Part shown: in pieces, positions 28,795-42,706 of the stretch
Numbering within the stretch: position 1 is the stretch's first letter
Layout: every line of letters begins with the position of its first letter
Source: Eledone cirrhosa
Lineage: Eukaryota
Length of the DNA stretch: 64,000 nucleotides
Assembly (NCBI GenBank): GCA_964016885.1
Contig: OZ024740.1
Coordinates: 359,352,001 to 359,416,000 of the forward strand
Direction: 5' to 3'
Program-made: the position numbers and the translations under genes
Notes under the pieces: model-generated
Seen by the model: only the letters and a program-made list of their open reading frames with translations
The model's database searches: none
Told to the model about the DNA's origin: nothing

Positions 28795-28936
28795 TTAGGT
28801 TAATAGGAGTTAGGTATTGTATAGCCGTGTTCCATTAAGGTATTGGCAGCATAATAATTATCTCTATGCTTTGGAGCAGAGCCGTATATATGATAAAGAA
28901 CACAAGAGCGTCTACAACATCAAAAGATTTTTATTG

Positions 28937-28981
28937 GCTTACAATGTTTCTTCCTTACGTAACCGTAGGATTCGTCAGAGC
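28937..28981 (-). ncRNA. Minimal type-I hammerhead (inverted copy of 31724-31768)
   Basis: Reverse complement of gct CTGACGA ... GAAACattGTA agc. Confidence 0.65.
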
Positions 28982-29486
28982 TATAAAAGGGGTTTGATTG
29001 GTGTTATGGACTCTACCAACCAAACATTCAAGAACAAAGAGTAAAGAGAGTAAACAGCAAAAGTAGGGGACGATAAGTCTAATTTTGGTGCGGGAGGGTG
29101 GGGTGTGGGTCCTTGTTTACTAGCTGCGGTCATATTCATTCCCGGGAGTCGAGTGGTTAGTTGAGCCATAGATGGGGTGGCGTCGGTAGTAGGGTGAAGA
29201 GGGTGTGCAGAGGCTACACACACACAAAGGGCATTCAATATATATATAACGGAGGAGAAAGTACATGAGGTAATTAGAAATGGAAAAAGAGTAATAATAA
29301 TAATCTATAATTAATAATGTATAAGGCATGGGGAAGATTACACTATAATAAGGTATAAAAGTAAGAATGAGGTAAAATATAAAGGAGTATAAAGGTGAAA
29401 ATAAGAATAAAGATTAAAAATATATGTAAAAATATATAGAGAATATATAAAGAAATATAAGCAAGTATTTGAAGGGGAAAACACAA

Positions 29487-29650
29487 TGTAAATGGAGGAA
29501 GCTTACTAGATCCACGCCATACCGACCGCAGAGCGGGAGTTGTGACCTGTGTTTACTGGAATGCCATGCCATAATGCACTCTAAACTGAACCTGCTTAAC
29601 AGGAAATCGGAAATTTTCTCCTCTTGCCAACACAAAATCCTGAGTTCCTT
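29487..29650 (+). pseudogene. Penelope-like GIY-YIG endonuclease C-terminal fragment
   Basis: KWRKLTRSTPYRPQSGSCDLCLLECHAIMHSKLNLLNRKSEIFSSCQHK matches the PLE C-terminal W..L..PY....C.LC..E....LN.RSE..CRH pattern. Confidence 0.8.
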
Positions 29651-31723
29651 CTTCTATTTTAAACCTAGCACATAGACGTAACATATATTACGCAACCCCC
29701 ACCTAGACATACCCCTCCTTGACTATAGCTTCCCCCCCCCGCAACCGGTAATCCAGATAGATAGGTAGCCTAAGGGTGGAACAGTCCCCTACAAGGTTGG
29801 TTTTTGTGTGTGTGTGTATGTGTGTGTATGTGTGTGTGTATTCTCCTTTTCTCTCTCACACACACACACACAAACATATGTATATATGTGTGCGTACGTG
29901 TGTGCATGCATGCATGAATATGTGCGTGTATTGTATACATGTATATTGTATATATATGTATATATATGTATATTGTATGCATGTGTATTATATTGTGTGT
30001 ATGTGTATATGTGTGTGTATGATGTGTATATATGTGTATATGTATGTATATTTTTTCTGTAGAAGTCTTCTCTATATGTGGTGTTTGGCATGAATTCCTC
30101 CTATAATACTCTTCTTTGAGAGGAGCACGATATGTAGAGTAACACATATGTATTGTCGAAGTTGAAACTGAGAACCACCACCCCTCCTGCTGACCCAAAT
30201 GTTTACTGAGGACCAGAACACCATTCTCCGCAATATAAGAGAGGAATGCGCTTGCCGGACTATTGATGACCATAACATCACATTCCAAGGTAATGGCAAA
30301 ACACAGTGAATGCTAAACACGACCAGAACACCACAACATGCACATCGGAGCAACAGAGATATAATATCAATAAGCGAATCAATTGAATTTTTAGAGTTGA
30401 AATACATATAAATATGTGTCTGTGTGTATCGGACACACGTACACATAAAGAAACTGCTGACCTAAATGTACCTGTCATGCCTGTCTGAATTCCTAAGAGA
30501 ATTTTCGGTCAGTTATTATCTTGACCGATTACCCTCACAATTACTACGTAGCGGTTCTTGCACGTGACTGCTGGATCCGGATGAAATAAAGACGAAGAAT
30601 TTCCTTGCGTACCGTTTTGTACCACAGATGCGATCTCACTCTGCCTCATTAATGTTCAATCGACACCAAAGTTCTACGTTCGGGGCAATAGAATTGAATC
30701 CAACCACCGACAACATAGTTGGATGACCGATAATCACACCAAACCGGAGTACTGTGATCCTTGTGATTTCGAGACATACAACCACTGACACTGTTACGAA
30801 GACCAGAAAACCATACTCCATAATATTGAACTAAGTGATTGATTTGTGCGACCAAAATAACACCACACACATATTGAACTAGGAATATTGGATCCTCCGT
30901 CAATGTCTAGGTGAGCAAAAATAGATTTCTATCTGCATTGGAATTTACGAACTTGTGCATCTGCTGTGGTGTCAAAAACAAACGCACATGACCGCACAGA
31001 TGAACAATGGACTATGCCACGTGGCTTGAACCTGCAAGTGAATTTAAGGATGTGTAACTCTGATATACAGATTATTTATTATTAAGATGTATAAACTTGA
31101 CATAACTATTATCATCTTATATTCTCTCAACTAATCACATTTGATTATATTTCTCTATCCCGTTTTCTACCCCCATATTTATAATATTTTTATTTGAAAA
31201 AATCGGGTTTTTTTACATTGTGTTTTCCCCTTCAAATACTTGCTTATATTTCTTTATATATTCTCTATATATTTTTATATATATTTTTTATCTTTATTCT
31301 TATTTTCACTTTTATCCTACTTTATATTTTACCTTATTCTTACTTTTATACCTTATTATAGTGTAATCTTCCCCATGCCTTATACATTATTAATTATAGA
31401 TTATTATTATTACTCTTTTTCCAATTTCTAATTACCTCATGTACTTTCTCCTCCGTTATATATATATTGAATGCCCTTTGTGTGTGTGTAGCCTCTGCAC
31501 ACCCTCTTCACCCTACTACCGACGCCACCCCATCTATGGCTCAATTAACCACTCGACTCCCGGGAATGAATATGACCGCAGCTAGTAAACAAGGACCCAC
31601 ACCTCACCCTCCCGCACCAAAATTAGACTTATCGTCCCCTACTTTTGCTGTTTACTCTCTTTACTCTTTGTTCTTGAATGTTTGGTTGGTAGAGTCCATA
31701 ATACTAATCAAACCCCTTTTATA

Positions 31724-31768
31724 GCTCTGACGAATCCTACGGTTACGTAAGGAAGAAACATTGTAAGC
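31724..31768 (+). ncRNA. Minimal type-I hammerhead
   Basis: gct CTGACGA a tcct acg gtta cgt a agga a GAA AC att GT A agc, followed by caataaa. Confidence 0.68.
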
Positions 31769-32049
31769 CAATAAAAATCTTTTGATGTTGTAGACGCTCT
31801 TGTGTTCTTTATCATATATATATATATATGTATGTGGGTATATGTATATGTGTATATATGTATGTATATTTGTATATATATGTGTATATATATGTGTATA
31901 TATATATATATGTGTGTATATATATATATATGTGTGTATATATATATGTATATATGTATATATGTGTGTATATATATGTGTATGTATACGTATGTATATG
32001 TGTGTGTATGTATATGCGAATTTGTATGTATGTGTATGTGTGTATATAG

Positions 32050-32081
<32 letters not shown>

Positions 32082-32432
32082 ATGTGTGTGTTTATATATG
32101 TATATATATATATATAAATATATATATATATGTGTGTGTGTATATATGTATGTGTATATGTGTGTATGTGTATATACATATATATATATATATGTATGTC
32201 TATGTATATGTATATATGTGTATATATATGTGTGTATATATGTGTATATATGTGTATGTAGATGTGTTTGTATATGTTTGTATATATGTGTATATTTATA
32301 TGTATGTAAGTTTGTATATATGTATGTATATGTATGTGTATATATATGTATATGTATATGTGTATGTATATATATATATATATATTAATGAAAAAGAACA
32401 AAGGAACTATTATGACATTATAACAAGTTCAT

Positions 32433-32479
32433 TGCCGACAGCCGTTTCGTCCGACCATATGGTGGGACTTTTCAAGGCA
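32433..32479 (-). ncRNA. Type-I hammerhead, U3-A8 variant, GUC cleavage site
   Basis: Minus strand: tgcc TTGAAAA gtcc c acca ta tggt c ggac GAA AC ggct GT C ggca. Confidence 0.8.
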
Positions 32480-32581
32480 TATAACAGGTGATTGTAAGTT
32501 CATTATTTACATCAACGTTTCACTCAAGATTGGCAGTTTGAAATTGTGGTATACATCAGCAGCTCCGCTTGTATATTTGGG

Positions 32582-32663
<82 letters not shown>

Positions 32664-32865
32664 GTATATACGTATGTATATTTGTATATATATATATATA
32701 TGTATGTATATATCTATCTATCTAAGGCGGGTAAAATTCCCGAGATCCATGGACGAGTTCTCTCCAGCGGTCTCTGTCCCTCATTATCGCTGCCATATCC
32801 TGCATCTCCAACAGTTTGCAATTTTCAACTGTGAAAATTGCAAACTTGACTGTCACCACATATTA

Positions 32866-32904
32866 TGAACCTGAAGATTGCGAAAGCATGAAAGTACTTG
32901 TTCA
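32866..32904 (+). ncRNA. Minimal type-I hammerhead
   Basis: tgaac CTGAAGA t tgc gaaa gca t GAA AG ta CT T gttca. Confidence 0.7.
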
Positions 32905-33062
32905 ATTAACACTTAGAATTTAATATTCTATCATACTATTTCATTATAATACCATTATAAATTTTAAAGGATTGTAAATAAAACGAGTAAATCAGACAAA
33001 GTTGGAATTCCTCTTATTAATATAATTTTCTATACACAATCATACACACCCGTGTATATTTA

Positions 33063-33115
<53 letters not shown>

Positions 33116-33342
33116 GTATATATGTGTGTATATATATGCATATGTATGTGTGTATGTGTATATATGTATATATGTATATGTATGGGTATGTGTGTATGTG
33201 TGTGTATGTGTATGTATGTGTATACATGTATGTATATATATATATATATATGTGTGTATGTATATATATATGTATGTATATATATATATATATGTATGTA
33301 TATATATGTATATGTATATATATATATATTTATATGTACGTG

Positions 33343-33485
<143 letters not shown>

Positions 33486-33724
33486 GTCTGTTGACACCTG
33501 GTATATAGCTTAAGAGAAATATGACAATAATGATAGACACCCAATATTTTGAACTGGTTTATAGAATCCTTTCTGCCTTTGTCACTCTAGATATAAACTA
33601 TAGACTTAAAGAATTAGCTTTTAATGAATTCCCTTTACTTTCAACCAATGACCTCCACCCATCCCACTCCCGACCATCTCCTACCACCTGAAATAAATAC
33701 CAGTACATTTATTTTTGCAAAGCC

Positions 33725-33775
33725 AGATTCCTGATGATTTCTAAAGAATGAAACAGTTCTAGTCTTGTAGAATCT
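33725..33775 (+). ncRNA. Type-I hammerhead
   Basis: agattc CTGATGA t ttct aa agaa t GAA ACA gttctagtct TGT A gaatct. Mutated copies at 23638-23688(-) and ~43165-43210(+). Confidence 0.78.
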
Positions 33776-34772
33776 CTTCTATATTAAAACTTTTATACTC
33801 TGCTATGTATTGAGTACCTTACTTACTGTGGTTAGCTCCGATTCAACCCGGAATAACTTACCTATATATATATAATATTAATAAATGGAAACTATCTTTA
33901 TAAAACCATATTTATTTTATTATATATATTTCAAGGGTACCAACATTTTGGTACGCCCTATTCAGATAAAATACAAAGTTTGGTTTACAGATAGTGACAT
34001 ATTCAAACTAGAACTTAATACTCTGAGTTCTATTTGAATAGTGAAGAAGGACTTCAAATCACAAGATGAATATGCTAATGAGGATAACGTTAAAATTGAA
34101 AGAGATCGTTATGTTTAGACGCTAGGTAAATTTAAATAATTATTAGGTAAATTTAAATAATTATTAGGATTATTATTTTAAGAAAATTAAATAAAGGTTA
34201 TTATTATGGGGTAAGAAATTTTAAGGCAAGATTTTAAGAAAATATATATTAAAGTTATTAACAGACTATTTATAGGAATATATGCATATAATTGCCCAGA
34301 ACATATTTGTGAGGGTGTAGAGAGAATGAAATAATTATATTAATTTTTATTATTTAAGTATTTATAATATAATGTGTGAATTATAAATAAATGTGTTAAA
34401 ATAAGAGAATATTAATTTAAAAAATGAGAGGTATATTGTATTCATATATACGATTGGGTCTATTCTATTGGTGTGTTTTAATATTATGAAGATTGTAGTT
34501 ATAAGTATATTTTATGAAGATTGCAGATATAAGTATATTTTATTATATTACAACAGGTTAGTTATATATATATAAATAGTTTTGGTGAATATATTTTATG
34601 AAATATATATAATAAAATAAATATGCTTTTATAAAGATAGTTTCCGTTTATTAATATTATTCTATTTATTATTATTAATATTATTGATATTATACTCCAG
34701 AGGAAAATACTGTTGAGTGCTTCTAATCTGTTATAAAATAACCTTGGTGAATAATCAACAAATTAAATACTC

Positions 34773-34827
<55 letters not shown>

Positions 34828-34834
34828 ATATATG

Positions 34835-34919
<85 letters not shown>

Positions 34920-34958
34920 GATATTAACAAATGGAAACTATATTTATAAAACCATATC

Positions 34959-35023
34959 TATTTTATTATACATATTTCAAGGATACCATGTTAAATTATG
35001 GTATGCTTTCATCAGACAAAATA
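34959..35023 (-). ncRNA. Type-I hammerhead
   Basis: Minus strand: tattttgt CTGATGA aagc ataccat..atggtat cctt GAA atatgtat A ataaaata. Family members at 33913-33973(-) (core mutated to CTGAATA) and 45110-45175(-). Confidence 0.65.
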
Positions 35024-36407
35024 CAATATATACCGGTTTTATAAATAAATTTTGACATACCCTATTAAAATGCAACCGTTACTTTTGGAAGACATCAGAG
35101 ATATTGGATTTGTTTATCTTAGTAAGTCATTGTGTTACGGAGAAGGGAGAAAAAAACCGAGAAAGAGAAAAGTGGAGAAAGAAAGGGAGATATAAAAAAA
35201 GAAAAGAGAAAAAAGAAAAAAGAAAAAAGAAAAAAGAAAAAAGAAAAAAGAAAAAAAGAAAAAAGAAAAAAGAAAAACGAGAGAGAGATATCAAAACACC
35301 AGACAGAGAGAAAAATTCAAGAGAGAGAAATATAGAGATAGAGAGAGGGGTAGAGAACGAAAACCTTAAGTCATGTCATATTAAGTTAAGTTAACAATTG
35401 AGATGAAATGAATAAATAAAATTAGAAATATTAATATTCATGAATGGAATATACATATATAATATGAGAAATTAATCATTGTTTAACTATGATTAGATAT
35501 TTAGTTTAAACATTGAGATCAATATATTAAAAATTGGAATTTAAACATTAACAAATCTATATATTGCTAGAGAAAATTACCTATCATATAACACGTACAC
35601 ACACGCAAAAATACACATAAATATATATATATACACACTCAGAAGATACACATTATATCTACTCCCGTATATAATATATACATACAAAGCATAAATGATT
35701 TTTTTTATTATTAATGGTATACATCCCTTGTGTTATTAAATAAAAATATTTAATATATATATATAAAAATATATAGTATTAGCTTTCATGCATTTATGGC
35801 TGTTAAATTATGCCTATCTGCAATCAAATTGTATGGGAACACATGTACATGTACACACACAATTCTTACATATACATATATACACATGTGTGTGCATCAT
35901 CACCCAATTGGTAGACACGAGTCACTCATGCATATATACAGACAGACATATATTCATAAAAATGCATATAACACATGTATATGTATGTTAATACACACAT
36001 ATACATACATATTCGTATAGAGATAAGTATACATCAATATATTACATAGTATAATTGAGTACATAAAATACAAAAGTATTATATTTTGGAAATATAATTA
36101 TATCAATATAACTTAAAAACAAAAGAACTCTAAAATATAAAAATATTAAAATATTTTAAAATATTATAGAATATTTTAAGTTAAAATAATATGTTTAATA
36201 GATTTAGTATAGAAATTTATCTTACGTATATTTTACTCAAGATATTGAAAGGATAAAGGTTCGAAAATTATGAGAAGCTATCAGAATTTAAAAAAATCAG
36301 AATAAAAAACAAACCTAATAAAAGAAAAACCTAATAAAAAAAAATAAATAAAAAAATAAAAATATATATATATAGGAGAAAAACCACAGACCCTCCATCT
36401 CAACTCA

Positions 36408-36445
36408 CCTTTTGAAAAGCAGAAGAACTGCGAAACCGGTAAAGG
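36408..36445 (+). ncRNA. Minimal type-I hammerhead, U3-A8 variant (third copy of the 25704 family)
   Basis: Identical to 25704-25741, inside a ~145-bp 3' fragment bounded by (TA)n. Confidence 0.7.
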
Positions 36446-36514
36446 AACCAAATAAATATATATATTTAAAAAAAAAATAAGACTTCAGTTGCATTTTCGA
36501 TTTCATCTCTTTTT

Positions 36515-36583
<69 letters not shown>

Positions 36584-36589
36584 TGTATA

Positions 36590-36676
<87 letters not shown>

Positions 36677-36823
36677 ATTAAAATACTGGAGCGTGTTGGA
36701 GTTAAACACCCTCTTCGTATTATAGAAATGACAGTAAAAGGTATAGCTCAATGTAATTAAACAGAGCCGAAGAATTATGAAAATAAAACAAAGAAGCCTT
36801 CAATACATCAAAAGTCTTTATTA

Positions 36824-36861
36824 GCCAACAATGTTTCGTCCTATTAAGGACTCATCAGTGC
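36824..36861 (-). ncRNA. Minimal type-I hammerhead (weak stem I)
   Basis: Minus strand: gca CTGATGA gtcct taat aggac GAA AC att GT T ggc, then taataaa. Confidence 0.6.
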
Positions 36862-37885
36862 AATCAAAACCACAAGAAGTACTATCAGTCAATACAAGCC
36901 GAAAACTCCGAAGAATATGGAGTGTACATACACTAAAGCATTGGAAGATTATGGGTAAAAATATAATAAAAATCACTAAGGAGGTGGGTAACATTTTGAA
37001 CCATATTACAAATATAGTCCAAAGCAAAAAAAAACTAGAGCTAAACAAAGGTGGTTATATAGAGCGGGAAATATATAATACAATATAATATAATATAATA
37101 TACTTGTAACAATATTAAAATTAAAATTAAAATTAAAAGGCACAATATACATATGTATATATGTACGCACACGTACGCACATATACATATACATCAATAC
37201 ACACTTCCATCATTAACACCACAAATTAAACCTTATTAAGAGTTTAAATATAAATAAGCATAATAGGAATAAAAATAATAATAATACGTATATCTAATAT
37301 ACAGTATAACATGAAGTAATGAAATGATTAAAAGTAACACATATAATATATAATAAACTATATAATTATATAATATATAATATAATAGGTAATCTCCGGT
37401 TAATTTACACAAACAATATAGATGTCACAATAATACTATAATAATAATATAATAATATATAATATATAATGGCATGTAAGTTAACAAATCAATTCATATA
37501 GAGTTACAGTGTAGGTGAGAAAAAAATATAAATTGTACAATACCCAAAATTATGATGGTACAAAAATATAAACATCTTACATGATATATAAAATTTAACA
37601 TATCATAATGGTACATAAAATCAACGGTAAGTAATAAGGATCAATAGTACAATAACAACTTCAATATAAAATATCCTCTTTGACCTCACAGTATCCTCTT
37701 TGACCTCACACCCAGCTGTAGCTGGCACTACCAACGCATGAATGGGTCTACTCCACCCCCTCTCCCCTTTTCTCCTACTGGCAGGTTTAGCTACCCCTTC
37801 CCCCACCAACTTGCCATCACAGATTTACTACTAACTTGTGATGTGACCAATCCTGGTGATTATCTCTTTGACCATATATGGAATT

Positions 37886-37980
37886 ACCCCTTGATAAGTT
37901 CGGCTATTTAAATACCAGAATTAATTTTTCATTCAGTACAGAATTAGCCGTCGAAACGGCTTGAGCTCAGCCGTCGGGGT
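37886..37980 (+). ncRNA. Type-I hammerhead, U3-A8 variant, with 6-bp stem III and long loop II
   Basis: acccc TTGATAA gttcggcta...(~35 nt)...tagccgtc GAA ACGGCT tgagctc AGCCGT C ggggt. GUC triplet. Confidence 0.75.
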
Positions 37981-38071
37981 CTTACTTGTTCCTATTACCC
38001 ACTCTACTACCCTAAGTATTGAGTACTTTGGTGCGTTATGGTCCACCTGGTTCCTTACCACATTTCCTTCG

Positions 38072-38281
<210 letters not shown>

Positions 38282-38288
38282 GTATATA

Positions 38289-38365
<77 letters not shown>

Positions 38366-38575
38366 ATATTTATATATATACATACAAAAAGATTTCCTGG
38401 TGGAAATTCAGGTAAACTCCGGGTGTAGATCCAGTTTCAGAGTGAAAATCCAATTTGCAAATCCAACGAATTTCTGCCCTGCCTGTCCCTTCAGTCTTTC
38501 TAATTTCTCATTCTTTCTTCTGATGAAAGACTAGCGTCCGAAATTTTTGTTTACCTTTTACATATACACACACAT

Positions 38576-38681
<106 letters not shown>

Positions 38682-39388
38682 TATCTTATACAAAATTGTG
38701 AGGGGTAGATGACAGTGGAAACACATTGCCCTAGGGATAAATTACCCTTAGTGCAGTTTCAAAACCCAAAGAATGACGGACACCATTTCAATAGATTGGT
38801 ATGGCTATTGTTAACAGAAGGGTTTCACATCGGAGGGGTTTCTGTCTGGTATAAGAAAAATAAATAAATACCCATTAATAGAAATGTGTCCGTTTATCAT
38901 TGAACCCAAGTGATGTAAGAAATAATCTTGCAAACATAGCAACAGTGTAAATAGTTGTATGTACTGACAGAGTGATGAGTCAAAACTGACACGAGAAATA
39001 GCTGACAATATCGACCGTCTATCAGCTCACCGTATAAAGAACAGTAAATATTTATTTCGTTATTTTATACATAATATCTATATATTTATATATATATAAG
39101 GGATAACAAAATATCGTTATAGGTAATCCATTTAGAGGTTGTAAATACTTTTATAACCATTTCTGAAGATCTGATCGAGCTAGCATTGTATTTGAAATTG
39201 AGTGGCACTGCTTCTAGTGTTCAGCAATTTTTAGACAACTCTATCACAGAAACAATTGTTAGACTATAAATAAATCACCTTTTTTGTACTGTTGATCATG
39301 TTATTCTCAACTTTTTCAATTATATATATATATATATATATTTGTTTTGCAAGGTTTTTATATAAAATCGTGTGTCGAAACAAATATT

Positions 39389-39557
39389 GTTATACTTGGG
39401 GAAGGTCATATTGTTGTAATTTTAACCGATAAACATTGATTGCCAAATAAATTAATTATGGAGATATAAAAGATACAGAAGCGAAAACCAGCCAGTGAGT
39501 GTGTTCTCTTATTGTTTCTGGCAATATTACAACAATATGACCCTCCCCAAGTATAAC
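39389..39557. mobile_element. Small TIR/foldback element (MITE-like)
   Basis: gttatacttggggaaggtcatattgttgtaat ... attacaacaatatgaccctccccaagtataac, a 32-bp inverted repeat with 1 mismatch. Confidence 0.65.
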
Positions 39558-39601
39558 TATATATATATATATATACTATCGTTGTTTACATTTTGTTCCA
39601 G

Positions 39602-39829
39602 ATCCATTCCTACCATGTGATGATTTGTTTGGATGGTGGTACCTGCGATGTGGTGTCTGGGTTGTCTTACAACTTGCTTTGCTAGGAAACAGTGTTGTTT
39701 TGTTTGTCTCCATCACAAGTAAATCAAAAATGGACGTACAACGCTTTTTAATTTGCAATTTAGCGACTGCTGATCTCTTTATGGGAATTTACCTCGGTTT
39801 TCTAGCTGTAGTTGATGCAGGGACGCTGG
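39602..39829 (+). CDS. rk: Coding exon (hinge end, TM1, TM2) of a type-B LGR / bursicon receptor-like GPCR
   Basis: ttttgttccag| ... ctgg|gtaagt, phase 1/1. Translates (D)PFLPCDDLFGWWYLRCGVWVVLQLALLGNSVVLFVSITSKSKMDVQRFLICNLATADLFMGIYLGFLAVVDAGTL(G). As recalled, this closely resembles insect rickets/LGR2 (PFLPCxDLFDWWTLRCGVW...SKMDVPRFLVCNLA). Confidence 0.93.
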
Positions 39830-40829
39830 GTAAGTATGCATGCTTTCTTTCTTTGTCGGAATTTTTTTTGTGTCTTGAAACGTTCCTAAAAACAATGTTC
39901 TAACATTATAGCAGATAAAATGTGTATTTTATTAATGTGTACTACATAATTTTCATTGGAAAATAGTCTGACAAAGAATCTGTTGGACTGGAGGGCGAAC
40001 TTGATTTTGCTAGTGGCTCTGACTCTTACGATTGTATAGAGCTGAACATAATTGGAAACTAGTTCAAGTAGTCAAGCACTGTTGTTCCGGTTCTATCTGG
40101 TGACCACTATGAGCGTTTCAAAGAGAAAATTGTTACGTACGCTGTTCAAATATATAATTTTCTTAGGTAAATAACTGTTTCTACTTTAGGCACAAGGCCA
40201 GCAATTTCCCAGTACTTTATTTTATCGACCCCGTTAGGTAAATAACACTTGTCGAAAAAGAATGCAGAACCTATACTACTCCAATATCATATGTATATCC
40301 TGATCACATTACTTAATGCTTATATTTGTATGTTTAACAGTCACTAGTTTCAGCCAAAATTGTTAAGGATTTATATCCCACCACCGGGACGGAGCTCTTC
40401 TGTGACAAAGATAATTATATATAATTTAATTAACCAAACTGTAAATAGAGATTATAGGATGATACTTTGTACTGCAGTGAACAGCGACAGCACTGTAAAA
40501 TAGACGAAGGTTTCACATTTTTTACTGCACTAACATTGTTCCAAATATATGATTTAGAAAGGCAGCAGTTTTCGCTCGGCGAGCTTCCGCCATTATATGA
40601 AGTCTTCATCTGTATTCTAACGATCTGGTAAAATATGGGATTCGCTATAAATAACATAATAATAAAGGAATTATAACAGTGAAAGAAAATGTGAAATTAT
40701 TTGTCACCTATAATTACAAATTATTAATTTATTTACATTATTCTTAACTTCGCCTTTTATAACAGCTTAGTTTTCGTCAACATCCAAAACATAAATATAC
40801 CGACCATAATTAAATATGGAATGATACGT

Positions 40830-41700
40830 GATTCCCCTCCACCGGCACCCCCTCCACCCACAGCCCTGCCGGTCAGAATGGAGAAGACGCTTCCCCGGAG
40901 GATGGCAAGGAAGACGCGCTGGAAAAGCCACTCCAACTCGCGGGGCTCACACCTGCGGCTGGCCAGCTCAGCGTCTATGGTGATGAGTAGGGAGGTAGCC
41001 CTAACGCCGAGGACTGCCAGAAGTACAACCTTAAACCTGTCGGAGAGAGACCGGTATTTGAGGAGTTTAGCCTCCTCAGCCCGACGTGCAGCAGAACCCG
41101 GGTTAATCGCAGACTGCACCAGGTTGCGGCTGCAGAAAATGTCGGTGCAAGTGGCATCCCAGACGAAGGGTTTGCCACCGCAGAACGGAAAGATGGTCAT
41201 GCCATCTGGCCTTTTGCCGTCCCCTCGGTCCAGCCCCACCGGCTCGAGCTGGGAAGGGAAGCCTGCAGCGTCCAAGCCATGCTTTATGACCTCGTTGAGG
41301 GCAGCGTGGCGTGGAAGGCGGCCGGCACTGTTGCGACAGGGAAGCGGGTGGAGGCCGAAAGAGTCCACGGTGGATCCGCAGCGACATTGGTGTGGCTCGC
41401 AGATCTGGAGGCCGAGCCTCAAGGAAACGCCGATGCGCAGGCTATTATTGTCTAGTTGCGTGCCAGTGGAAAAGGAGGGCAGGGCATGAAGCCAGGAATT
41501 ACTGTGGGCTTTGGAGGCCGCAGGAAAATAGGCAAGGCGGTGCTGGTCGAGCTGGTGCGTGAGCCTGTCTGAGGCCAGGCTGCACTGGATAGCATCCCAA
41601 GTGCTTTGGAGGGATTTGACGTCAACAGAGAGAGAAGGAGGAGGGACGTCTACAGGGCTAAGTCCCAGCCGGTCCCACGTCTCACAGGCGGCCTCACAAA
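40830..41700 (-). mobile_element. Second 5'-truncated CRE-clade non-LTR copy, same family as 21377-22205
   Basis: ORF 40757-41422(-) is nearly identical to the 21355-22209 protein (GDGKRPDGMTIFPF, WDATCTD). Confidence 0.85.
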
Positions 41701-42513
41701 TTACGTAGTGAATTGACAGAATGTTTAGAGTGTCAATCTCTGAGTTTTGAGTTCAAATCTCGTGGAGTCAAAATTTGCCTTTCATCCTTCCGGAATCGAT
41801 AAAATCGAATAAAACACTAGTCAAGTACTGCTGTAATTTTAACCGACTGTAATTCCTCCACATGTCACCATGTACCTATTTTATGAATCAATATTATAGT
41901 AAGAGATATCATATATACTTTTGGTGCTGCCTCTACTGATAATTCTGTTGCTGATTTTATTCCTCATACATCTAAAACAGGATGTGTTGACATTGTAATA
42001 AATAAAATTATCTAGCAGATCCTATTTGAATAAATGAGAAATGCTTAAATACGTATATCTAATTTATGTTTAAGAATGTTGCACCCAGCCCTGACTACTA
42101 ATACTACTACTGCAGCTGCTGGTGTTGTTGTTACTACTACTGTTGCTGTTACTGCTAATACTACTACACCTACTACTACAACAACGGCGACTAATGGTGG
42201 TGTACAATATTTCATGAAACATGCAGGGTTGAATTATAGAAACGAGAAATCGTTTTCTGAAATATACTGACAATATATAAGGTTACGTTAGAAAATTATG
42301 AAATGAACAGAAATAGCTCGTGAAGATTCGCATGCGTTAATAAAATATCAGTAAACATGTAAATATCGATAAATACAGGTTACCTGGGAAAGGAATATTG
42401 ATTTCTTTACAAAGAAATATTGATTACCTTTTACTGATATCAACTATTTAAAAATTGTAGAGGTATTTCATTTAACGAGCAAATACTTCTATTCGAATAT
42501 TTCCTAACGTAGC

Positions 42514-42706
42514 AATAATTGTTTCTACTTTTGGCACAAGGCCAACAATTAACCAGTACATGACTGGTACTTTATTTTATCGACCCCGTAAGGATGAAAG
42601 GCAAAGTAAACCTCGGCGGGATTTGAACTCAGAATTGAAAGGGCCGTAACTCTATGCGTCAAAGCATGGCGTCCGACCCTCTACCGATACTGCCAATCCA
42701 CCGCCC
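42514..42706 (-). mobile_element. tRNA-derived SINE family 1, full length with target-site duplication
   Basis: TSD tcctaacgtagc at 42502-42513 and 42707-42718. Confidence 0.9.

Larger units (their letters stand above)
28886..31820 (+). mobile_element. 5'-truncated Penelope-like element with an inverted pLTR at its 5' end and a secondary internal insertion
   Basis: 28886-29492 is the reverse complement of 31212-31820. A PLE endonuclease C-terminus follows the inverted arm. Hammerhead in each arm. (TA)n-type flanks. Confidence 0.85.

Noticed and set aside
35104-35394. Lys/Arg/Glu-rich ORFs
   Set aside because: Translation of an (AAAAG)n/(GA)n purine tract.
39602-39829. Call as TSHR/FSHR/LHCGR (type-A glycoprotein hormone receptor)
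   Set aside because: It lacks FNPCEDIMG. PFLPCxDLF-WWxLRCGVW and SKMDV fit rickets/type-B LGR better, pending phylogeny.
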